DNA of 64,000 bases, taken from an uncultured Mollicutes bacterium (lineage in GTDB: Bacteria; Bacillota_I; Bacilli_A; RFN20; CAG-826). The notes beneath the pieces were generated by a model that did not search any database, had not been told where the DNA came from, and saw only the letters and a list, made by a program, of their open reading frames with translations. The DNA lies in the NCBI GenBank assembly GCA_900540395.1, contig UQFQ01000002.1, forward strand, positions 6,684 to 70,683, read 5' to 3'. Below are positions 45,797-54,304 of this stretch, piece by piece (position 1 is the first letter of the stretch; the number at the start of each line of letters is the position of its first letter). The translations under genes and the position numbers were made by a program.

Positions 45797-46585
45797 AAAT
45801 ACGTGAAGCACTTTATTTTTGTTGTGTGATTCTAGATAAATAGCAGCAATTGATAATCCAATTATTACCAAGACGAATAAATCAAAGAAGAAAGTCCCAC
45901 CTTGAAATGTGTTAACTGAGCTATTAGAGCCGCTTAGTCTAGTCATAGCTTCAATATAAAGGAAGAAGGTAAAAATAAATGTAGCGGAAGATGTTACTAG
46001 TAAAGCTATATTTATTTTTTTACTAGCTTTAGTTACAAATAATGAAACTATAGGTAAAATGAAGTTTGCTAAAGAAGTGATGATTATAAAAAATGGACAA
46101 ACCATTGTTTGATCTGCAATCATTGAGATAGATTCAAAGCAATTATACTGAATATTAATTGTCCATATGCCATCTTGATGTATACTTCCTTGAACAAATG
46201 GAGCAAACTGTAAAAAGAAAGCTATGAAAGAAAGTAAAACAATAATCATTAATAGAAGTCTATTTATAGTTAAGACAAAACATCTTTCCTTTTTAACTTC
46301 ACTTTCTTGACTTGTCACATTTTGACTAATTACTTGCTCTTGAACTGAGTTAACATCTGGTTTAATTTGTTTAGCTTGAGGATCTTCAATCTTATCGTTT
46401 AATAAATAATCAATTGAGCAATCAAAGATTTGACTAATTCGAATAATTTTATCAGTTTCAGGATATGTAATATTGCTCTCCCATTTTGAAACAGATTGAC
46501 GAGATACTTTAAGTAAACTAGCTAATTGATCTTGAGTTAAATTATTTTGTTTTCTTAATTTTGCTATTTTATCTCCAGTTTTCAT
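45788..46585 (-). CDS. XRE-family HTH protein with C-terminal multi-TM domain
   Basis: MKTGDKIAKLRKQNNLTQDQLASLLKVSRQSVSKWE is an HTH_3. GAAGGAG lies upstream of ATG 46585, which I prefer to the track's longer start. The C-terminal half is hydrophobic. Confidence 0.7.
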   Translation of the reverse strand: MKTGDKIAKLRKQNNLTQDQLASLLKVSRQSVSKWESNITYPETDKIIRISQIFDCSIDYLLNDKIEDPQAKQIKPDVNSVQEQVISQNVTSQESEVKKERCFVLTINRLLLMIIVLLSFIAFFLQFAPFVQGSIHQDGIWTINIQYNCFESISMIADQTMVCPFFIIITSLANFILPIVSLFVTKASKKINIALLVTSSATFIFTFFLYIEAMTRLSGSNSSVNTFQGGTFFFDLFVLVIIGLSIAAIYLESHNKNKVLHVFKK

Positions 46586-46788
46586 ATTAAGCTCCTTCAG
46601 ATAACAACTTAATTTTAGTTTGAAAGAGGACGATAAACAATGTAGTTTGACGTTATAAATGTAAATTTTAGGTTGCAATAGTTATATTTTAAGTTGAGTT
46701 TGCTGATTTTATTAGTTTTTTTCTTCTTTTATCGCAAAATAAAATCACCACAAGTAGTGGTGATGATATTTAATGCTCTAGTTTAAAT

Positions 46789-47277
46789 TTATCTTCTTGC
46801 GCCGAGTTTTTCACTTAATTCATAAACGCCTTTAGAATCAACAGCGAATAATTCAAATTCTTTAAGTAAATCAGCGGCAGTTTTTTCTTCTTCGGCTTGT
46901 TCGGTAATAAACCAATTTAAGAAATTAACTGAGCGATAATCTTTAGCTTCAATAGCGGCAGCATAGATATCGTTAATTAAAGATGTAACATATTTTTCAT
47001 GGCTTAATTGAAGAGTAAGTGGTTCTTTGAAATCCTTAAAACTAGCTTTATAAGCTTCAATTGTTTCAAGAGCTACTTTTTCATCATTATCATGAAGATA
47101 TTCCATGAATTTATCAGCATGTTCACTTTCTTCCTGAGCTTGTTTTTTAAACCAAGAAGCAAAACCATTTAATCCTTCTTCAGCATAATAATTAGCAATT
47201 GCTAGATATAAATAAGAAGAGTATAACTCTTTATTAACTTGATTAACCATCAACTCGGCAACTTTTTTATTTAACAT
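46789..47277 (-). CDS. ftn: Non-haem ferritin
   Basis: The di-iron ligand pattern ..ELYSSYLYLAIANYY.., ..QAQEESEHADKFMEYL.. is present in a 162-aa protein. Confidence 0.88.
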   Translation of the reverse strand: MLNKKVAELMVNQVNKELYSSYLYLAIANYYAEEGLNGFASWFKKQAQEESEHADKFMEYLHDNDEKVALETIEAYKASFKDFKEPLTLQLSHEKYVTSLINDIYAAAIEAKDYRSVNFLNWFITEQAEEEKTAADLLKEFELFAVDSKGVYELSEKLGARR

Positions 47278-47810
47278 ATTTTTTTATCTCCTTTGTTATT
47301 TAATTCTTACATGTTTATGAGTTAATTACCACTTACATGCATTTATATTTTAAAGTGAGTTAAAACATTAAAATTAATGGTAGAGAAATATATCTATTTA
47401 GTTAAAGAGTCTATCTTTAATATTTTTAACAAGGCTTTTTACAACTTCATCGAACAAATATGGACATTAAAGGGGGGAGAGTCCAATTTTGTCATAGTTT
47501 TGACTTGCTAATCACAAAACTGATGAAAGAGATAATTAAATATCTTATTTGTAAAAAGCCCTTAAACAATGGCAAATATCTGCTTGTATGTCGAGAATTT
47601 ATTCGCATTTAATCGTAAAAAAATAAATTTGTTATTATTGATCAGTTGTGGTTTTAAAACCTTATATTAGTTATGACTTTATTTATGTTTTGTTAGATAA
47701 GTATAGCGAATTTTGACATAGATGTGCTGACAAGAATTATTTTTTAAACATAGATAAAACATGCATTTTTAAGTATAATTAAATTACTTTAAGAAAGTTG
47801 GTGTTTTGCG

Positions 47811-49246
47811 GTGAAATTTCAAGAAACAGAGTCTGTCGAACTAAAGAGAATTTTAAACAAAGACTTTGCAAAAGAAGTTGTTGCTTTTTTAAACACGCGT
47901 AATGGAACTATTTATATCGGTGTAGATGATAAAGGAAACGTTATTGGTGTTGATAACGTTGACAAGACAATGAGAGAAGTAAGGCAAATTATTAGAGACC
48001 AAATTCTCCCATCAACAGAGGGATTGTGCGAAATTGAATCATTTTTTGAGAATGAAAAGATAATAATCATTATTAAAATTAAAAAAGGCTCAAAACTTTA
48101 TTACATAAAAAAGAGGGAAGGAGCGCTACAGGTTGCTTTTATCGTGATGGAACGTCTTCTGTTCCAATGAGTGAAGAGGAAATTGAAAGACAATTTATGT
48201 CTTCTTTAAGCTATAAGCGCGTTTTATTAAGTGAAATTCCAGTTAATAAAAATGATTTAAAATTTGACACATTAAGAGATAAATTGCGTTCTAACGATGT
48301 TCATATTAATGATAGAACTTTTTTGAGCAACTTTAATCTTGTTACAAAAGATGGGAATTTCAATTTATTAGCAGAACTTTTATCCGACGAAAACAGAGTT
48401 TCTATAGCTGTTTGCGTTTTTAAAGGCAAAGATAAGACTGAATATCTTATGAGAAATGAATATGGTAATAAGTCTCTTATTCAATCTTATATAGATGTAA
48501 TAAATTACTGCGAAGCAATTAATCCGACATATATTGATGTTAGTTCAAGACCTCGAAAAGAAAAAAGAATGTTTGATAATAAAGCATTTGAAGAAGCACG
48601 GATTAACGCTTGCGTGCATAATTTATGGGAATCTCATATTTCCCCTCAAATTTATATTTTTGAAGATCGTATGGAAATCGAATCTCAGGGAGGTCTTCCT
48701 TATGGTCTTTCCAAGGATGAATTTTTATCTGGTATTTCTAAACCGGTTAATCCTGATTTAATGGATATTTTTAAATCTTGCCGAATTGTCGAACGTTCTG
48801 GACATGGTGTACCTGAAGTTGTGAAAGTGTATGGTGAAAGTGCCTATAAATTTTCCGCAAATACAATTACTGTTGTTATACCTTTCGACAAAAAAGGTTT
48901 TAAAAAAGATGCTACGATAAAAAAGAATGCAAATGGCACTGTAAATGGCACTGTAAATGACACTGTAAATGACACTGTAAATGGCACTGTAAATGACACT
49001 GTAAATGGCACTGTAAATGAGTTCGAATTATCTAAGTCAGAACAATTAATATTAAATATAATTTCTCTTGATGGAAAGGTTACGCGTAATAATATATGCA
49101 AGCAAACCAATTTATCTCTCCGTACAGTTGCAAGAGTGCTTAACTCACTTAAAAGTAAGAAAGTAATTTATAGAGTTGGTTCAGATAAAAACGGTCAATG
49201 GAAAATTGTTGAATATAAAAAGGACGATAATCAAAAGAATAACTAA
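47811..49246 (+). pseudogene. Second Schlafen/AlbA_2-HATPase_c_4-wHTH regulator paralogue, split by a 1-nt frameshift in an A6 tract (48107-48112)
   Basis: ORF 47811-48170 ends in out-of-frame ..KKREGALQVAF... The ORF-48167 frame read backwards gives KKEGRSATGCFYRDGTSSVPMSEEEIERQF, a continuous family-typical sequence. One extra A would fuse them. Confidence 0.75.
48932..49015 (+). repeat. In-frame tandem repeat, 7 x 12 nt (AATGGCACTGTA / AATGACACTGTA), encoding (NGTV/NDTV)7
   Basis: Read directly. The two unit variants differ only at G/A in codon 2. Confidence 0.95.
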
Positions 49247-49554
49247 AATGTATGCTATATAAATGAGTATGGATACGTGATTGTGACTACAAATCACGCT
49301 TAATGTTATACCAATACTTTTTAAATAACTTTAACCTCATTGCTTATCAAGAGACATAAAACTTTCTAGTATTATACACAATGCTCAATATTTAATTTGA
49401 AATTAAAATGTTTAGGTTTTGCATTGTTTTTACTTAAATACAAACGTTATATTTGAGATTTTTTATCTACAATATTCCCACAAAATCCTTCTATAACGAC
49501 ATTGAATTTGCGTCCTGAGTTGCTAAAATATTACCAGTTTAGGAGAAAACAACA

Positions 49555-50172
49555 ATGACTGAATTTGAGAAAATGAGTATTGGAAAAATCTATGATCCAA
49601 ACGTTGAAGATTTATATAAAGTTAGAAATAAAGCTCATCATCTTGTTCAAGAATATAACAATACTTTTGAAGAAGAGACTGAAAAAAGAGAAAAAATATT
49701 AAATGAATTAATGCCAAATCGAAAAGAAGGAACTTATTTACAAGGGCCAATATTTTTTGACTATGGTTTAAATATTACAGCTGGTAAAAACTTTTACGCT
49801 AATTTTAACTTTACTTGTTTAGATTGTGCAAAAGTTACAATAGGTGACAATGTTTTTTTAGGACCAAATGTTTCAATTCTTACTCCAATGCATCCTTTTA
49901 TGTATGAAGAAAGAAATCCTTATATTAGAAAAGATGGCGTACAAACTGATCAAGAATACGCTAAACCTATTACAATTGGTAGCAATACTTGGATTTGTGG
50001 CAATGTCACCATAGTTGGTGGAGTAACAATTGGTGAAGGATGTGTTATCGGAGCAGGTAGCGTTGTCACTAGAAATATTCCACCTCATTCCTTAGCTTGT
50101 GGTAATCCTTGTAGAGTTATTAGAGAAATTAACGAAAAAGATTCAATTAAATACAAGAAAGAGTTGTTTTGA
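49555..50172 (+). CDS. maa: Maltose/galactoside O-acetyltransferase (hexapeptide-repeat)
   Basis: The N-terminal Mac domain is MTEFEKMSIGKIYDP...R..A..L..EYN, with left-handed beta-helix hexapeptides (IGSNTWICGNVTIVGGVTIGEGCVIGAGSVV). Confidence 0.85.
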   Translation: MTEFEKMSIGKIYDPNVEDLYKVRNKAHHLVQEYNNTFEEETEKREKILNELMPNRKEGTYLQGPIFFDYGLNITAGKNFYANFNFTCLDCAKVTIGDNVFLGPNVSILTPMHPFMYEERNPYIRKDGVQTDQEYAKPITIGSNTWICGNVTIVGGVTIGEGCVIGAGSVVTRNIPPHSLACGNPCRVIREINEKDSIKYKKELF

Positions 50173-50266
50173 GTTTTAGATTGAAATTTTTAACTGAAAT
50201 TAATTTGTTTCTACTATTTTAGCTTTCTGCAGTTCTATCTCAATTGTTTTAAATTTACTCGACTTG

Positions 50267-50364
50267 AAAAAACCTAACTTTTTGCAAATATCGACATTTT
50301 AAAAACCTAAGTTTTTGCAAATATCAGCACTTTGAAAACCTAAGTTTTTGCAAATGGCAATTTT
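50267..50364 (+). repeat. 3 tandem ~33-bp direct repeats (AAAACCTAA(C/G)TTTTTGCAAAT...)
   Basis: The units start at about 50267, 50301 and 50334. The last copy diverges at its 3' end. Confidence 0.85.
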
Positions 50365-50628
50365 AAAATACGATTGTTATCGATTTTTTTACAGTTGTGG
50401 CCTTAAAAAACAAGATAATAGCATTGTTTTAATTAATGGTCAGAAATATGGCAACATATTTCTAAAAATTTTACATAAATTTTGATATTGAAAATATCAA
50501 ATTTAAAGCTTCACTAAAAGTTGATTTACTAATTGCTGTAATGCCAATATTTACCTTCATTATGCTATTTAGTTGCCAAAAAGACAAAGTAGGTTAATAG
50601 TAAAGGTAGTAAGAAAAAGGAGATAATT

Positions 50629-50787
50629 ATGCCAAATACTTATGAAGGAACATTTTCTGTTAATGGTATCAGAACAACAGAAAGAGTCGTTGCTAATGAT
50701 CAAACAAGTGCTAAAAAATTAATGGAGATGAGATATCCAGGTGCAAAGATTTCGTGGCACAAGCTTCCAAATAAAGTTAAAGATTAG
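50629..50787 (+). CDS. Unlisted 52-aa ORF (MPNTYEGTFSVNGIRTTERVVANDQTSAKKLMEMRYPGAKISWHKLPNKVKD)
   Basis: AAGGAG lies 7 nt upstream of the ATG. The composition is non-repetitive and balanced. It falls below the length cut-off of the track. Confidence 0.5.
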   Translation: MPNTYEGTFSVNGIRTTERVVANDQTSAKKLMEMRYPGAKISWHKLPNKVKD

Positions 50788-50919
50788 TTTTTGTTTGAAA
50801 AGTAAATAACGCCTTTTCTGAAAACTTTCATTTAGAGTGTAAAATTTTGATTAATCCATATATTTTTACGTTTAAACTTTAAAAGTTTAATGAAAACTTT
50901 TAGCGTCTTATTTTGTTAT

Positions 50920-50934
50920 TGAGAATCATTATCA
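50920..50934. promoter_or_regulatory. Fur-box-like 7-1-7 inverted repeat TGAGAATCATTATCA
   Basis: It matches 14/15 positions of the Bacillus Fur consensus TGATAATnATTATCA. It lies about 120 nt upstream of the ECF sigma ORF. Confidence 0.5.
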
Positions 50935-51050
50935 AATGTGCATGTGCAATAAAAATTATCGATTTCCTTTATTTTTTGCTCATTTCGTGCTAAAAATTAA
51001 TAAAATGTGTGCAAGAATTAGGGGAGGAGAGTTATTACTGTGACACATAA

Positions 51051-51794
51051 GTGTCATTGATTTTTATTAACCCATTAATTAATATTGATATGGTGTTTGG
51101 GACTTATAAAATTAAAAAGCAAGAATATATTGAAAAGATTGAAGATATGTTCAATCTTCAAAATGATAGAATTAAATTTCAAGACTCCTTGATTTTAAAT
51201 TCTGAACATTTTGAAAATGTCAGTAGTGGAGATTCCACTTATTTGACAATGGATAATAATATTGTTGATATATTCAAGTCTTTAAAAGATGGCAGTGAAA
51301 AAGCTTTTAATCTTTTTTATTTTAAGACTTATAAAAGTGTTTACTATAAATTACTTTCCTATGTTAAAAATCCTGATTTTGCGAACGACCTTTCTCAAGA
51401 AGTATATATTGAGTTTTATCGAAATGCAAAACGAGTAAGAGAAGATAAATCATGTTTAACTTTTCTTTTCACTATTGCTCGTAATATTGCTTTAAACTAC
51501 ATCAAGACTAAAAAAGAAGACTTAGAATATGATGATGGTTTAAATTATGCAAGTGATACCAAAGAGCAAAAGATTGACGTTAATATTATATTTGCCGTCT
51601 TGTTAAATGAAATTAAAGTCAAAGAAGAAGATTGCGATATCCTTTTACTTCATATCGTTCAAGGATATGCGTTTAACGAGATTGCTGCAATGTATAATGC
51701 AAATTTGAATACCATTATCACTAAATACAATCGTATAATTAAGAAACTTCAAAATTACTTTGCTGAGAAAGGAGGTTCTTTAGATGCAATTTAA
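51051..51794 (+). CDS. ECF-type sigma-70 family RNA polymerase sigma factor (start uncertain)
   Basis: Region 2 is GSEKAFNLFYFKTYKSVYYKLLSYVKNPDFANDLSQEVYIEFYRN. Region 4 is QGYAFNEIAAMYNANLNTIITKYNRIIKKLQ. In-frame starts exist at 51051 (GTG), 51090 and 51249. Confidence 0.75.
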   Translation: MSLIFINPLINIDMVFGTYKIKKQEYIEKIEDMFNLQNDRIKFQDSLILNSEHFENVSSGDSTYLTMDNNIVDIFKSLKDGSEKAFNLFYFKTYKSVYYKLLSYVKNPDFANDLSQEVYIEFYRNAKRVREDKSCLTFLFTIARNIALNYIKTKKEDLEYDDGLNYASDTKEQKIDVNIIFAVLLNEIKVKEEDCDILLLHIVQGYAFNEIAAMYNANLNTIITKYNRIIKKLQNYFAEKGGSLDAI

Positions 51795-53607
51795 TGAAAA
51801 TAAATTTAAAGAAGAACTCCTTTCTAATCCAAAAATTGAAAATAGATACGATAACATTAAAGAAGAAATTGAAAAACGTCATATAGTGATGCTTGAAAGT
51901 AAGCCATCTCTTTTAGATCGCTTACTTGATTTTACATCAACTAGAGCCTTTAAATATTCTTTAGCAACTTGCGGGGCAGTTGTTCTTGTGGCTGGTGTAG
52001 CTTTAGGAATATTATTACCTCAACTAGGAGGTGAACCTGATTTACCTGATGTAAAAAAACCTCCTATATTTCTTGGCGTTAGTTTAAAAGAAGTACCAAG
52101 TGAAGAAGTAAATTCACTTAACCATATTCATCTTGCTGAAGAGTTAGATTCAACTTCTGAAAGTGATGCAACCCTTGATAAAGATACTGATATCATTTTA
52201 GATTTAGCATTTGAAAATCCTGATGAGTTTGAAATTAATTCTTTCACCGTTAGTGAAAAAGAAGGCGGAAGTGTAACTTATACAACCGCGAATTATTTAG
52301 AAGGTTCATCTTCAACACATATTTATGTAAAAGTTGGAAAAATGCAAGACGTTACCTTAAATTATGAAGTTGGAAATATTACTTATCTTGATGAAGGAGT
52401 TTCTAAACCAGTTATGATAAAAGGTGAAACAAGCTTAACTCTTTCACCAAGTTCAGATCCAACTCCACCTCCAGTTGAAGAACATGAGTATACTTTTACT
52501 TTTGAAAATAGTGAAATATATACTGATTCTGCAAGCTTTTCTTTTAAAATTGAAGATAATTATGACATGCTTGTTAACATGAGAGCAGTATTATATCGTA
52601 ATGATACTGTTGTTGAATCACAAAGTATTAATAAAGAAAATGAAATAAGTATCTCTTTTGATAACCTCTTATATAACAGCGAATATCATCTTGAAATTAT
52701 TTCTGATGTTGTAGATAACGGGGAAGTAAAAGAAGAAGAAAAAATCTTTACTCATGATTTTTCAACAAGTAAATATTTTGATGAAATAAGCATTACTCCT
52801 AGCTTTATTAGTGCTGATATTTCTGTAGTTAATAAAGCTCAAAATGTTTCAGTTGATTCAATTAGGTTATTAAGTGTAGTGGATGAATTAATTAAAGATG
52901 TAACGACACAAGAAAGTGAATTTAACATTTCTGATTTATTAGCAAATACAACTTATAAAGTTGAATTTACTTTTTCAGTAAGTGGTGAGCACGCATATAA
53001 AACCACTCAAACATTTACTACCTTAAAATATACAGTTCCTACTTTAACAATTGATTTTGCTAATGTTACTGGGGCTACAGTTGATTTTCGCTATACGATT
53101 AATGATCCTGATGATATAGCAACCTTCTCTCGAATTGAACTATATAGAGAAGGAGAACTTTATCGTAGTTCTCAAACTGAGACTGAGATATTTACTAATT
53201 TAACCGCTTCATCTAACTACGAACTTAGAGTCATTTATACTTATGATCTCCATGAAGGTGATGGCAGTGTTGAATTAGTCGCGACAGATACTTTTGAAAC
53301 TGAATCAATTAGTTTATCTATTAAAGAAGTTACTAGTAATGGTACAGCTAATGCTAATACGAGTATTCCAATACGTGTAACTATTAATAATATTAGTTTG
53401 GTGACAATTAAAGGATTTATTATTGATGGCAAACAATATGATGCCACTAAAGAAGGGGTTGGTGAAACTTACTTTGTTAGTTTAGATCCTATAGCAACAA
53501 CTGGCATACATGAATATAGTTTGACAGCATGTGTCTATGAAGCAGGCGGCGTAAGTGATACTTACACTTTTAATGCACCTACAACCTTTGAGATACAAAT
53601 TGTTTAG
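51784..53607 (+). CDS. Putative anti-sigma factor: short cytoplasmic N-terminus, one TM, and a large extracellular domain of FN3/Ig-like repeats
   Basis: It overlaps the sigma gene by 11 nt. The TM is YSLATCGAVVLVAGVALGILLP. Repeated ~90-aa beta-rich modules are present (..YHLEI.., ..YKVEFTF.., ..YELRVIYTY..). Confidence 0.6.
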   Translation: MQFNENKFKEELLSNPKIENRYDNIKEEIEKRHIVMLESKPSLLDRLLDFTSTRAFKYSLATCGAVVLVAGVALGILLPQLGGEPDLPDVKKPPIFLGVSLKEVPSEEVNSLNHIHLAEELDSTSESDATLDKDTDIILDLAFENPDEFEINSFTVSEKEGGSVTYTTANYLEGSSSTHIYVKVGKMQDVTLNYEVGNITYLDEGVSKPVMIKGETSLTLSPSSDPTPPPVEEHEYTFTFENSEIYTDSASFSFKIEDNYDMLVNMRAVLYRNDTVVESQSINKENEISISFDNLLYNSEYHLEIISDVVDNGEVKEEEKIFTHDFSTSKYFDEISITPSFISADISVVNKAQNVSVDSIRLLSVVDELIKDVTTQESEFNISDLLANTTYKVEFTFSVSGEHAYKTTQTFTTLKYTVPTLTIDFANVTGATVDFRYTINDPDDIATFSRIELYREGELYRSSQTETEIFTNLTASSNYELRVIYTYDLHEGDGSVELVATDTFETESISLSIKEVTSNGTANANTSIPIRVTINNISLVTIKGFIIDGKQYDATKEGVGETYFVSLDPIATTGIHEYSLTACVYEAGGVSDTYTFNAPTTFEIQIV

Positions 53608-53733
53608 TTTCAAAAAATACCATTTATATCATTTTTTTGAACATTTTTGAGTAAAAAATGATTTCGAAAAAAGTTTTTTAAAAATTTTGAAATAATGTGA
53701 AATATTTTACACCCTTAAGTTGTCTTTATAGGT

Positions 53734-53955
53734 ATGAAGACAAATATTGCAGTTTTAACCATCTTCAAGATGGTAATTAAGAAAGAAAGATTTAATACTA
53801 ATGACCTTGTAAAGATAACAGGATGCTCTAAGAGAACTTGTTTTCGTTACATCAAAGACATTAAGGAGTTCATTAAGGAAAATACTCGTTTTGAGTTAAA
53901 ATACTCAGCTCGAATTAAAAGTTTTGTCCTTGTTGAAGCTAGACAAAAACACTAG
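53734..53955 (+). CDS. Small (73 aa) winged-HTH protein
   Basis: FNTNDLVKITGCSKRTCFRYIKDIKEFI resembles an HTH_11/DeoR-type N-terminal domain. Confidence 0.5.
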   Translation: MKTNIAVLTIFKMVIKKERFNTNDLVKITGCSKRTCFRYIKDIKEFIKENTRFELKYSARIKSFVLVEARQKH

Positions 53956-54304
53956 TTATTAAATAATTCTTTTATCTACTTAAAGAAATAATCTCTGAAG
54001 GGGTTACATCTTTAATTTAGTTTGACTTATTAAGTTTAAGCCAATTTTAGTGTGAACAAATTATAACGGTTATAGCTATACCTATCTTATTGGGAGTGTT
54101 ATTTTATTTAGATAACTGTTACTTTTTTGCGAAGTTTATAAATATTAAAATTAACGATAATTATCATATTTTTGACATTTTTGTGTACTAAGATTTACTT
54201 ATACCTTTCTTTTTATTAATATAGTGTTAGTAAATAAATTTTAAGGACAATTCTTTTTTATTTTTAACAAAAAACAATATATTGAATTGTCAATGAGGAA
54301 GGTT

